Origin: Catajapyx aquilonaris
Lineage: Eukaryota
NCBI GenBank assembly: GCA_000934665.2
Contig: KZ538566.1
Coordinates: forward strand, 1-61,282
Reading direction: 5' to 3'
Length of the DNA: 61,282 nucleotides
Made by a program: the position numbers and the translations under genes. Below the pieces are notes generated by a model. That model was not told the origin of the DNA. It worked only from the letters and a program-made list of their open reading frames with translations, and did not search any database. Position 1 is the first letter of the stretch; every line of letters begins with the position of its first letter. Below are positions 48,327-61,282 of this stretch, one piece after another.

Positions 48327-51300
48327 CCTGGTAGCCCACACTGTTTTTAGAGCGTGGTTAAATTTTTCCGGATGTGGAGGCGGGCCTTTCTTTTTTTCTT
48401 CAATATCGGCCCTCCCTTCCGTGGTTCTTTTCTTCATCTTATTCTGGAGGCAAGGAGCGCCCTCTCCATCAATTCAAGGGCAGGGACGCAGGAATTTCAA
48501 GGCCCACGGGGGGGTTTGCTTCTGGGAACCCAAAGAGAAGGAGGATTCTTTTTTAGGAAGCGCCTTTCGAAAAGGACCCAGCAAAGGCCGTGTTGCCAAG
48601 ATGACATTGTCGCGCAGAAGAAATCGGAGACGATGGACCACCGCTAGGAGGGGTCGTTCTCAAGGGCAGGACCCGTGGGCGGTGTTTCCGGTTTACCAGA
48701 TATCAACCGACCGGCCCCTTGAAAGAGCGGATTTCGAATTTGGAAGTTATGGTCATGCTAGGCCTGCTGTTTTTTTTTGTTGTTGTTGGGGTGTGTTGGG
48801 GGCCTCTAACTGGAAGAGGAGGAGGGAACGCGAAGAACAGGGGGGATTAGTCATACACGCACTCGCATATGCGCACACGCAAGCCCAAACTTATTTACGA
48901 GCCAGCAAGGATCGGCGATGGGTGCGTCCCTTAGCCAGAAAGGAACTCTTTTTGTTGCTAATATCAGCTATGTGGAAGGCGTAATTAATTTATAATGGCC
49001 CAACATTGCTGCCACAAGAGCAATTATTGGTACCCACTTGGAAAGGTGGCCCCCACAAGATGCCTTGGCAGTAGTTGGACGTCATCCACGATCAAAGGGC
49101 AAAACCGCAGTGGGAAGATTGTCCGCACCGCTTTATTTATGGGCTCGTAATTTGTGGCTGGGGACGGAAGGCCACGGTTTAAGAAAAGGAAGCATTTTGA
49201 GAAACAGCTAGGAGGCGCTCGATAGCATAAGTTCTTTTAACCGCAGCTGCAATTTTTTTGCGGAGGAGGAAAAAAAAATGGTCTCTTTATCGCAGCAGAC
49301 CATGCCTGCAAAACTGGAGGAAAGGGCTTTTCACTGTTCTGGTCAACTGGAACTAATGGCGAATATTCGCACGAATAGAGTTGGACCGGAATAATAATTT
49401 TTAAAAACATAGGAAAGAAATATATGTGCTTTTCAGCTTTGAGGGTGGTCGTGTTTTTTTTTACCGTGGGCATGTCCCCTCGAATTATCCCGACACATGG
49501 TAGATAACATTAATCTCGATCAGGTGGAGTTGGGGGCAGAGTAGGGGGGGGATGTTAAATCAATAACGCGCGCCCGTCCAGCCGAATAAATCCACGTGGT
49601 CCATTCACAGCAGCCGTGACTGATTGAGCTTATTGGTAGAAGGGAGGGAAAATAGCGAGGCTTGAAAAGTTTTTTTTTTTTTAAATGGGCAAGGTACACC
49701 AGGTAGGCCGATTTGTCTTTGCTAATAATGACGTCAGTGACAGGTTTTGGCCTTGTGTCCTTGATTCGCAGGGCACAGAATATTTTGTCGCGAAATGATT
49801 CGCAGTGTTGTCTGGCCCACTTCGGAGTATCGGAGCATCTCTTATGTGTTGGCGCCCGATTATGCCAATCAGGACCTGGCGTTATAGTCAGCAGGATTAT
49901 TTTTTGGGGGGAGATCGCGATAAGGTTCACCGGCTGGTGCGAGAGGTAATAACCTTCTGGGCGAAAGGTTGCGAATCTCCACAAAACCTGGGGGATGTCA
50001 AAACAAGCCGTGGGCGCCATGTTGGGAATTATTTTTCATTCCAAACATGGACATCCGCGGCCTTGATGTCACGTGGGAATCCATCCCTTTCTCCGTGTGC
50101 ACTGGCGGCTGATATCTGATACACGCACTGCTTATTGGGGAAATGTATTTCTCGAATTGATCACTTACTACGTAAGCAGGAACATATTGATTAACGAGAG
50201 TGGACAGATAGTGTTTCGGCATGCTATTTGTACAGGGCCGCTTGCTGCTGAGTAGTGCGGACGTAAAAAAAAAAAAAATGTCAACATGGTAAATAAAATA
50301 GAGGCATGCCTGACATTAGTACCGGCTCGTGTTGACATTTTAGGGCAGCTTTTAAGTTTGTGTAATAATTAGCTGGAAATTACCGCAATGCGCAATGATA
50401 TAGGGTCGAAGTCACTTTTTATATTGACTTTTAAGCGATATAATCAGGCTTGACAATGAAGATTTGTGTTGCTGTACAGTAAGGACCTCAGCATGCATAT
50501 AACTTCATGTAATGAAGGGACAATGAAGTTAGATGTTTGCTCCCCTACCAAACCATCCATGACAAATAATGATTGCAGTGTGAAATTACATACCTTCGAA
50601 CGATTTATGCCCTATTCCCCCTCTTTTTCCCCTGCGATCTCAACACGTAACCTTCCCTGCTTTTGTGAATGGTGGGGCTGTCTAGAAGAAGAAGAAAAAA
50701 ACTTTTTTGGGAGCCAAACATGCCTCCTGAAAAGAGAATTTCACGCCTTGGAATTGGAGCCACGGGCGGTAGATGCTAATGTCTTTATTAAAAATTGTTC
50801 CCTCATCTCATATGCTATAGATGCGCACCATACTGTTTCTAAGGAGCTGAATTCACGGAACAACGAAGGTGGGTTCAGTGGAGCTCAAACTTAAGGTGGA
50901 GGGGGGGCGAAGACAATTTTTACCTCACTCGACGACCGACCGACCCTCAAAGTAATGAAGACTTTGTGGCAGTATTTTTACGACACTCACGAAAATCTTA
51001 TTCGGGGCAGACCGAGCGGAACCGATAATTCCGACCTTCGAAGAAGGGGGGGTTTGTTGTATGCTCGGGTAGAGATGACCGGCTGCGCACAATACCTGCT
51101 GCGGTGCACAGATTAGAAGACGCGATTTTGCCGCCATTTTAGTCCATGTGACCCTCATTTTTTTACGGTTTGATACCAATTGGATCCGTGCTAGAGGTGG
51201 CAGCTTGGGTTTGGTGTAAAACCTGTGCAGGTCGAATGGTTCTGAGTAAGACGCGGGTTGTACAGTGTTTCTGGTTGGTTGAACCGTCCTGTTTCCTGCC

Positions 51301-54300
51301 ACCTGATTTGCATCCCGGCTGGTACTGTAGCAACAAAGAGTGATGATTTGGCTCGGGTAATAAGAGGCATATGAGCTGCATTTAGCTAATGAAACAGTTA
51401 TTGCATGTGTAAAATGATCCGCCTCCCTTATTAAAAGAATTTCCGACGCCCCTGGTGCCTGCTACTGCCATTAGTCGAGTAAGTATGCACAAGTCCGTAT
51501 AATTTGGAGTGCGCAAGTGGTAGCATGTGGTGGAAAAAAAAGCACACGTAGGTTTCCATGAAGCTGATGCGTGCGGTGTTTGAAAATGCACTTGATGGGT
51601 AGTGCCTTGTTGTCTTTTATGAAGTGTGTGCGCTCTCCGTGCGAGCATGCATGTGTGATGTGTGTTTCGTGCCGCCACGGACGACCTGCAGGCCACTCAC
51701 ATGTGTCATCCACCTCACCTCTCATCCGAAGGCTTTTAATTTCGTTATTTATGGCCTACAAATTACCTGTCGCCGTTACAACCCGGGGCAGTGTTGACAT
51801 GCTGACTTACAACGCAGGTCCGGCTGCGGATACAATCATATCTTGCCGCGTGATATAATGTACGGAGGAGACGAGTCGTGTTTCCACATAATAAGGCGTA
51901 ACTTAAAAGGAGGTGGGAGGGAGGGAGGGTTAGCGGGGGTGCTCCCCTTTTACGCGTCAGTAATGTCAAGGGTTGAATGCATATCTCCAGAGCCAAGTTT
52001 TGTCTGAAATAAAAATGCAAGGTCACGTTCATACACGAGGTCCATAAATCGTTCCAGTGTTTTTAGCAACGGGCTCGTTTACCTCGACGGGAAGGATGTA
52101 GATATGACCCAATTTGTCCTCCAAAATGTGCCTATGAGTGTGTGTACATGCGAGCTAGCAGGTGTTTTTCTTTTCTTCTTACAGTGTTTGGCCTGAAAAC
52201 AGATCCCTCAAGTGGCTCGAGTGGGATTGCCCCTTTGTGGGCACCCTCTTTTATTTTTTTGTGCATACCTGTGCGGTAAAGGTGGTGGTGGTGGTGGGGG
52301 AAAAAACCTGAGGATGGGTGTGGAGAAGGGCAAAGAAAAGGATGGGAAGGGGATTAAGTGAAGAGGATGGGTAGCACTAAAGTGAAATCCGGGTTCTGTC
52401 GTTTTCAAACAGGTTTAAAAGGGAGGTAAATGTGTGGTTTTAGACAACTAATATGCGCCCTCAGATTTGGTAAATTTGGCTCAAACACTGCTCGGTGGCA
52501 CATGTGCGTGTATTAATCGGTTTGGGGGCCTGTTATAAATTACGTCATTTAGAGGCACATCTGGCGACCTGAATAATAATTCTAGATAAAAATGCTCATT
52601 TTTTAGATAAGAAAGTTACTATTTTTTCAGGGCTCTTTCTCAACTTTCAAGTTCAAGTCATGTGTGTATACATAGCAAGTGTGTGCGTCGACATTGAGCA
52701 TTGACATCGGACAACTCAGAGGTTCACAAACAAAAAGTGATGTACAGCACATTGTCATGGTAATTTTTTTCCTCGTAGCCTTGTACCTCGGGTATGACCG
52801 TAGGCCAAACGATCGCACACCCGATTTCAATTTGTGCGCTTTGCATACGGCTATTTACAAAACACAGTAGCATGCTTGGGACAAAAGAAACGTGAATCAT
52901 ACGACCGGATCTTATCAGTATTCTAAATGCGCGCAATATACTCGAAAGCGCGGTTATATAAGATATAGCTTGGTTGACCCCATTGCCGTACTTTGCTGCT
53001 GTTCCATGTGATATCCAAAGCATGTTTGTGATGACAGTAATTAGCAGGAACGCATGCCATTTGCGGTATACGACTTTATGCCTGGGTTACCTTGACAACC
53101 TCAAATTGTGGCCTGTTCCTGCCTGAAAGGGTAAAGGACACCCAGCTTCCTGCATCCGACCCATACTTTTTTTGTGTTTTATTTTTTGTTGTTTTTGAGG
53201 ATTTGGGCCGAAATAAATCCTTCTGATGAAAGCGGGCCTCAGATGATAAAAGGTTGAGTACCCTTGTTTTAATTAGAGCCCATTCGAACGCCGGTTGGTG
53301 TTTTTCCAAATTTTACGGATGTGTGGTATTCACCTGTGCTATCATTTAATTAATCGCGATTTCCAGGTTTCTCATGTTTCCTGCTGCCGATTATTTTTCT
53401 GCAATCTGATTTTTTTTGCGTATTCCACACCTTGCTAAGACGTACGGCAGGAAAAAGAGCCGCTGCCCATGTGATGTATATCTATGGAAGCCGTGAGCTG
53501 AGAACACTTTGCGGGCCAGGACTTAATTATAAAGGGAGGGGGGGGGGGGGTCAGAAAAAGGGCTTAATTCAGCAGCTGGAAAGCAGGTGGAGGTGAGTTG
53601 TGACCAGCAACCGAAAGGGAATTGTTTGTTTTACATGAAGACGAGGGGCGGATGTGATCGCCTACTTTGACCAGCAGTCTTGTACTAACTGTCCTGCAGG
53701 TCTCCTCAAGTACACGTGTGCAAAGGCTTCTGGTGTACGCCGGCTAATTGAATCGACCACACCTGTTTGCTGCACGCATGAATAATATTAACGACTAATA
53801 GTGAGTTTAAATATGGGTGTGACAAGTCCAGGTTTTAAAAGGCTGAGTTGTACCGTCCTTGCAGATAATTTTCACTTAGAAAGTGAACAAATCCATTTTC
53901 CATTTAAGTGGAAACGATGGTTTTAAGTTAAAAAATTGTTTGTTCTACTTAATTTCAGTGGAAAAAGAGTTTCATTATTAAGTGGCAATTGAACGAGAGT
54001 GTATAGGCTATAGTATGGCGCGTAAAAAAGCGGTGTGTGATACACTATATAGTGGTTTATTGTCGCTCTACAGTGCCTTCTATTTTCGGACCGGCCCACC
54101 TGCTATTGTTTTTTATGTAACGCCTGCCGCAGTCCAGTCTATCGACAAAATGTATCTATTATACTGCAGGCCTATAGTAATAGTGTGGCGTAGTGACAAA
54201 AACTCGTGCATATGCTGAAAGTACGCGTTTATTTACAAATTCGCATACGTTATCCGTTCAATATATTGACCATATGAAACGTGGTGACATAATGCATTTG

Positions 54301-55435
54301 TAGCTTTCTCTCCACATTAATCCAGTGCAGAGGCAGGCAGTGCAGTAGGCAGCAGGACTATAACACGCACTATTTTGCTCGTTACAGTTGCAAATGGGAT
54401 AAAAATAGTACAATTAATTGCGGTAATAACTGCTTTGGTGCAGATGGCAAGGCGGAATCGTTTAAACGAGGCCACGGCACATACAGAAGTGGTTATACCA
54501 AGTGTACGTAGGAGTCGGATAATACCCTGAACGTCGCAAAGACCAGCGTTTAAAATGAGTGTGCGTGCAAGCTCAGGTAGGTTTCTCCGGAATTTTTGTT
54601 ATATTGTGTCCACCTGCAGCGATTTTCGATCTGGTCCGCTTTATTGATACGTACTGTACTATGCAGGCGCGACAAACTGGTATTTTGTAGTACTGGTTGA
54701 GTACAGTTGGGAATGCGGTTTTGGCCGTTAGTATACCGCGGTTTTGCGTACAATATGCCTTGATTTGCAATTGATATTGAGAATAAAGATAACGTTCGGT
54801 TTGGTCGGTTATACTGGATTTTCGTAGCGAAGATCCAGGCTCTTTTCTCGCAGTCGACAGCTGCGGAGCCGGATGACCAATGGACGTTGCTGGTCCAAAA
54901 CGACAGATGCAGAGCAGATGGGTCTCCTCAGCTTCGGCGGTGGAACAAGGGATCCTCTGGGGATCATATGCGAACATAAGGCGGAGAAGGGAGAGGTGGT
55001 TTCGGTTTCCTGATGGAGGGTTCTGGGTCCTATTTTAGGTCCTGGGACGGGGAAATTTCCTTGAAGCAGAGAGAAATGGGCAGCGCTTGGGCGGTTAATT
55101 TTGATGAAGCAAGGGGTGGTAAATAGTTGATATGTTTGTTTTTGTTGGAGGACGGTCGCGCTGGTTTTGTGGGGGCTGCTGGACAAGCAAAATCGCTAAG
55201 AGTTTATTATTCATGCACTCGGGTTGTAATCGAATTTTTTTTTACTGCTTGGTTCTATCCGAGAGGAACCAGGTGGTTATGATACTAACGTAAGTTTGCT
55301 GTTGGATTTTTTTTTTTTTGAAGAATGATTAGAACAGCAGGCTTTTTAATAATGATCCGTGTTGATTAGAAGGATGGAATGTAATTTTGAGGAGCGCAGA
55401 GAAATCGTGTGTCTCGGCATGGGGCGCACCCCCCC

Positions 55436-55449
55436 NNNNNNNNNNNNNN
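55436..55449. other. Assembly gap (14 N)
   Basis: Run of N after a poly-C tract. Confidence 1.
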
Positions 55450-55830
55450 ATTGCACCATATCATAATGATCCCGTGTATGGAGCGCGTAATTTTTCTTGA
55501 TGTCTCCCGACAAGAAAGAATTTTTCCATTCAATTTGCAAGTCCAAAAGAATTTTTTGATCTGTGACTTCAAAGCTTTGAGACGAAAGACAAAGGCGGCG
55601 AAGGTTTTCAACAATCTGAAAGAAGCGTTATTAGTTTTCTTTTTTTCTCTCTCTTCCCTTCGAGTCGTCAAGATAGGGCAACGCATTTCAAGAGGGCTGA
55701 AAATGACTACTAGCCAATAATTTAATTAGAGCCCTTGTTGACATCAGGTTCAAAACCAGGTTGTTTCCAGAGGGGGCCCAGCATGAATCTTCACGTTCTG
55801 TCTGCACTTTCTTTTTTTCTTCTTCTTCAG

Positions 55831-55851
55831 CTGGATTCAATTTGCTACGTG
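55831..55851 (+). CDS. Candidate 21-nt frame-preserving microexon of the same gene
   Basis: Long pyrimidine tract ctttctttttttcttcttcttcag and donor GTG|GTAAGT. In phase 1 it reads (A)GFNLLR with no stop codon. Confidence 0.5.
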
Positions 55852-57854
55852 GTAAGTGGCGTACCTGGTCATAAAAAAGAGGGGCGTCGTTATCTTAATT
55901 TTAGGCGGATTTAGTACCGAGATAGAACAAAATGGCGTAATAATGATAGCAAGGACGACCTATTTTGCGTACGGCTCCCACGAAACGGCCAGTATAAATT
56001 TGTTTTACATTTCCACAATTTGCAACTTTTCTTACCACAGGGCTCTCCGCAGTTGGTGGTGCAGGAGGGGGTTGATGTGTTTTTTTTTTCTTTTTCTACT
56101 TCCTGTAAGGTCACACGTGGAGCAAGGGAATAAAAAGTGTGGTGGTGAGATGGCCCCAGGGTTTATGAGCCAATTCCATGCCTTTATCGTTGCCTTACAT
56201 TGAGTTTGCGGCAGGAACTGACTGGGCTGACCTCCTCTCGGCCCCGCAAATTTTGTTCGCTCCAATGGAAGTTTCATGTTCGGGAGCTCCAGACAGGAAC
56301 GGAGGGAGGGGGTGGGGGGTGGGGGAATGGTACTCCTCCTTCACATTGCACTACTGCAACGTACGATTTGGCGAAATAGTATCGAATGTGCCAGTGTGCA
56401 GCCGTTATCGAGTACGGCTTCTCTGGAAATGAATTTCCACCGTTTTGAATGTAGCTTCGTTACTGGCAGGCCACCTGAGAATTACCCAATACCCAACTAT
56501 AACACCGTATAAAATTATTCACTACTGAATGCATATTGTGACAGCGCGGCATTCTTGGAACTGGTACCAGGAATTGACGCGGTCCTTCAACCAGGGTGTT
56601 TACTTGGATTTTTGTCAAAAATTGCGCAGGTGATCAAGAGGGCGTTGTGGCCTAGCTGCTCGACTTGGCAGCTCGCACTGGGGTTAAATATAGTCGGAAG
56701 TGAAGTTTGTAAACAAACGACAGCAACGCGACAACTATTTTCAAATGTGGAGATAACAGACGGCCTGTTAAAGCCGGGATGCAGATGATGACGGCTGACC
56801 TTGTGGTTTGTGGGGGGTTAGAAATAGAAGAATTTTTGAGCTTTTTTTGTGCCGCCCTCTAAATGAATGGGCGGGAGTTTTTACAAGTGCTTGGAAGATG
56901 ACTATACGCACATTTTTTTTTCTGGCTTTCACCTTTCCATCCCTGGCAGAGCGTGTTTATTTGTTCGACGAGGTCAGTAGACTCTGGAATGGGCTGTGGG
57001 GGTGGGGGGTGGTGGGGCTTGACACCTCTTTGGGCAGAGGAATCGCGCAGAATGGTTTTCAGGTTCTTCAGGGGGTGTTTGGCATCCCCTTTTGCGCCCC
57101 CTTATATATGATTTTTTTTGTGTTGGTATGCCCACATGCGTTTGCGAAAGTGGTCAAATTGGCGCTGTGGACTACCTGGGGAGGAGCCTTCAACTCTGCA
57201 GCATAAAGAGGGTGGACGCCATTGGTTGGGGGACTTCAGGTAGGCTTCCAAGCGGCGCGGGTGTCCCATTGGCTCACCCCCACATGAGGGCACGGTTCGC
57301 GAATCTGCTCAAGTCGTGTACAGAGATTAATGCCCTGGTGAGACCGTCGCAGTACGGCCGTGGCCGGCATTAGCATGACTCGGGGACGTGACAAAAAATA
57401 TTATGCGCCGGTCGTGGTTCAACGAGAGGAATGGAGGGGTCAGGGTATCCTGGGTGGCAGGCATTACGGGCGATTGGCGGGGGTCACAGAACAAGTCTCG
57501 CTGGAGGAAATACAATGGGTGCGAAGAGCTTGTTCGGGCTTGACAATGCGGCGTCTGGGAGGTATGGAGCGGGACTGTCAAGTTAGGACGACGCGGGGTT
57601 TTTGTAGGAGGAAGCCATGGAGGGATGAAAACCATGGGTCTTCTTTAGGTCGAGGAAAGCAGATATTGTGAATTAAGTAGATGTGGGGAGTACGTACAGT
57701 ACATCTCATTCTGTCTAACAGTAGCTATGTACAAACTATTTTTTNNCCCCCCCCCCCCCCGAGTGTTTGTAGGTGTTGAAAAAAAAAACCTTCGCGATGA
57801 AATTACCTATATATAGTAATTTTTTAAATTTATAATAATTAACGTGGGCATGCG

Positions 57855-57923
57855 CGACCCTCCGGAAAAGGCTTCGCGACACCTTTGGGGGTCACGATCC
57901 CCTGGTTGGGAAACAAACCACTG
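57855..57923. mobile_element. One end of a hAT (Charlie-like) MITE
   Basis: GGGGGTCACGATCCCCTGGTTGGGAAAC..CCACTG resembles the common hAT MITE terminus (reverse complement of CAGTGGTTCCCAACC...GACCCC). The other end was not found. Confidence 0.35.
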
Positions 57924-59029
57924 ATATAAGCATTATTATTGTAGAGTAATAATCAAGGTAATAATGATCTTACCAAATTTCGAGTGCTGATGGGCTAGAC
58001 ATGTGTGACGTAAGGTGTGAAGTCTCAACTGGTTTTGGAAGTAGCCGGCGCGACGTTACCATTTTTGACAGAGAATCCATGATTTCATGTAAGGATTGTA
58101 AGCTGCACAGAACATGAAGATAGTCGTTTTATAAATAAATTATGACTGAACAAAACATGCAGGAAGTTGCAGGAAGTTCTGCAGTCTGCTTATAATGCTT
58201 CCGAGGTAGAAAACATGCTTTCGAAGACGAAGTCTGTAAAGTGCACTGATGGTAGCTGTTCCAGGAAATAATTTTCTCTAAATACATTCGCATTTTCTTC
58301 CCATGGGAGACTGTTGTACGGAGTGAAAACACTGTCTGTGAATTATTCATAATTGAAGCTGAAATGTTTTGTTCGTGCTTTTTTTTAGATAAGTAATTCC
58401 ACAGTTTGGGAAAACAAATTCAGAGGCCCATATTCTACGCACAGCCCATTGACCTCAACATCCTATAAACTATAAAGGAAGCACAAAGCTATTCCATCAC
58501 TTGTCACGATTTTCTAAGCACAGTTCAAAGACTTTAGAACTCTGTGCGGTAACCAATTGAAATCGGACCAGTATCATGTATCATCTGCACTAACGAGTTA
58601 GTGATACACTTGCCTGAAATAAGCTTATATGCTAGGCACAAAATCTGGTCATGGTAATTATGGAGTAATTTGCATACTCGTTAAAAATAATTTTCATTAT
58701 AATATTGAAACTTATGACACTATTGTATTCTTGACGCCATGATTTTTCATTCGATGTGTATGATGATGCTGGTGTTCTGAAATATATCTTGACACTAGAA
58801 AATGTGACAGCCCAATATTAGACTATTGTTGCCTTCCACATCCCCCCTATCTCCTTGACATATCGTCGATGCTTGAAATTTTGGAACTGGTCGAGACACA
58901 GTCGTGTCCTGAATGACACTCTAGAAATAAGCCATCTGGATTAAGATCATTATACGTAGCTTACTCCTTTGATTTGCTTCAGTTTGGACTTTGTTTTAGT
59001 AGGCTTGCAGAGAATTTGAGTGTCTGATA

Positions 59030-59260
59030 AGATACATCCGCCATATACATATCAGCTGGATTGGTGCACAGCTTGAATCCGGACAATGTTTTCTTACTAC
59101 TCTGTGGTGCGTATGTGGGCAACTATATCGAGGCAACCATATTTGACTTGACACCCCAAGCTTCTGGTGTTCTGCCTCCCGATCCTTACACCAACCAGCA
59201 CCGACTCTGATTTTGAATAATTAATAATTTTCAGCTCCTCCGCATGTATACGGTATACTA
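59030..59260 (+). mobile_element. Degenerate Helitron PIF1-helicase remnant (tentative)
   Basis: Frameshifted snippets in the expected order (PP..QL, IGA, LNP, VVR, GNYIEATI, VL, FE..FQL) resemble the Helitron motif PPH.L.LKVG....LRNLNP...LVV....NVIEATI...VLIPRI...FEF.RLQFP. Confidence 0.3.
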
Positions 59261-61282
59261 TGTAGTGGCGTGTAACTCCTCCCATATAGGCGAAAAGTGT
59301 GTCTAAATACGTAGACCAGATATACCAATATTCGCTGGAGGTTGAGCAGGTGGACTCTTTTGCATAGAGAACTTTAACGAGATTTACAGTAATTTTACAC
59401 TGTTGCATAAGCGATATATTCCGCGGGTTTCAGAATTTATATTGCTTCTCTCACTTCTCACGTCACAATGTGATGGCCCCGACAACGTGCATATGGTCAA
59501 TACTACATGTATTGTTTTAGGAGTACAGTGTATGCACATATCCTATGACGAGTCAATTAAACATAAATATTATATATTTACAAATAGAGTTTTTAGGTCA
59601 ATATTTGCAAAAGTGTCTAATTGAGTGTGGTAACGACAGTTATTTTCCAACGATAATTTATTTCCTGCATTCTCTTACTGTTATATGCATATTAATACTG
59701 TGTAATGTCGTCACGTTTCACCAGACACTTTCCAAGGTAAATTTTTTTCATCACCGTAACAACCAACTGATTCATTTTTTACATACGTGTTAAAACATTG
59801 CTTTTATAGAAATGTTATAAGCATAGGCTACTTCCCACGTACCTTCACATTGTGGGTACAAAACTTTCATCTGTATAATTTTACACCCTTGCAAGTTTTA
59901 AGAAAGAAATTTCACTATAATTGCCATAATTATATATTGCAACGGATTGGTCATTATCATTGCGCCATTACCGATATTCGAGAATGTACGTATTCAAATT
60001 GACAAAAGACTCATTTGAATAAGAATTATATTTATGCATGAGTAACACCAAGAGTGGTAACACTAAATTGATGTAATGATGTGATATGGAACTGCTGTAG
60101 TTCTGATACTACGTCTTTTCTCTCCGTAATTTAGAAAACTATTGTGATACTTATAATTTGACGCAAATTTTATGATAAACTTAACTGATATACTTGCAAG
60201 TATATCAAATTATGAGTGTGATCATTTTATTCCCACATTGTGAAGGTATGTGAAGGTATCGTATGCGAAAAAATTTGTTTAATAGGCTAGGTCGTTATGT
60301 TCACGACATACAAATTATCTGTGATTTATAAAGAAACTTTGCCACCGTACAGCAGTGTATTAAAGCACTGAATCCAGGAAAGAAACTATGGTTGGAAAAT
60401 AACAATTTCCGTTTAATACCATATACAGTACTCACTTTGACATTTACCAAATATAACACATACTCACTGTTGGAAAACCCATTAAATCAAGTTTCCAGTG
60501 GTTTTATAACTAACTGCTACACTTGCATGAGTCGACAGGATCGAATTGAAACAAGATTTATACCAACCTGCAGATGTGAGTTAAATTCTGAAACACACTG
60601 CATATCCTCTGCATACAGTATATTAGTTCCAGACTCTTGCGTTCTGTAACTGTTTCCGGAATGCACTGTAGTAGTGTGGAGTTGAGCTGTGTGCACTGCG
60701 CTAATGAGAATCACATGTGAGGTCATGTTTCCTGGTAACGTTGTAAAAACTGCGTTATTGCCCATACCGTCCTTTATTTTCCTTGTGTTTTTTGTGCATG
60801 CAAGTAATCCGAGAGTGAAAGATTGTTGCGACTCAGCCGTTTAATTGTTGCAATGCTTCACATTAGCTCGGTTGTTCCGTAACGTAGTATTTGGGCACTT
60901 TGCGACGACCAAAAACGAGCCATAAATAATGGTAACTTTTAGTGGCCGTGCGAGTTTTGCCGTGTAATCTGGCCCTTGTCGTGTTCAGGCCAAATTCATT
61001 CCCAGTACGGCATTACGTATTTTACCCTCTGAGTGCAGGGTTATTATGATGCCACGTCGCTGCGTGTAATCGACTGACAGGCCCCCGTGTATCTTCATGC
61101 TGCCAAATCCGCATCCAGCAGGTGGCGCCGTTTCCGATATTAATCAACATGCACTCAAAAAACAATTTACCTGTAGTAGCAAAATTTTTGGCTCCCTCAG
61201 CTAAAAATTTTGGCTCTATATGACGCTCCTAAAAATTTATCTGCCACAGATAAAAAATATAGGAACAGAAATTTACCTGCCA

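Noticed and set aside
48103..48984. Longest ORF in the window (293 aa)
   Set aside because: GTG start, runs through a TCT microsatellite and low-complexity sequence, and has no domain or convincing splice context.
52185..52279. Strong acceptor ttttcttcttacag followed by phase-1 VFGLKTDPSS...
   Set aside because: No good donor before the in-frame stop, so it cannot be supported as an exon.
1..61282. Prokaryotic systems (CRISPR arrays, defence operons, rRNA)
   Set aside because: Spliceosomal introns, SINE/MITE content and low coding density show a eukaryotic locus. No regularly spaced repeat array was seen.

Overview
Eukaryotic (animal, probably arthropod) genomic DNA from a draft assembly with N-gaps and error-prone stretches. 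There are no prokaryotic operons, CRISPR arrays or rRNA, and most ORF-track entries are noise. Supported content: (1) An intronless NRARP-like gene (Notch-regulated ankyrin repeat protein; minus strand, 13061-13636) with a long Ser/Pro/acidic N-terminal extension. It sits among about 10 Su(H)/CSL motifs in 11.1-15.3 kb. (2) Head-to-head with it, a complete 6-exon GCLM gene (glutamate-cysteine ligase modifier subunit; plus strand, 16036-19962, 277 aa) whose intron 2 appears to use a GC donor and contains a piggyBac-type MITE. (3) The probable 5' part of a large plus-strand gene for a secreted or membrane protein: CRE-containing promoter near 21.7 kb, non-coding exons with uORFs, a signal-peptide exon at 35331-35406 and a candidate 21-nt microexon at 55831-55851. 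(4) A tRNA-derived SINE with a 14-bp target-site duplication, plus degenerate hAT and Helitron remnants. The most interesting unexplained signal is a Su(H)-site cluster with a TATA box and ATG at about 11.1-12.0 kb. It may be a second, unannotated Notch-target transcription unit in tandem with NRARP.
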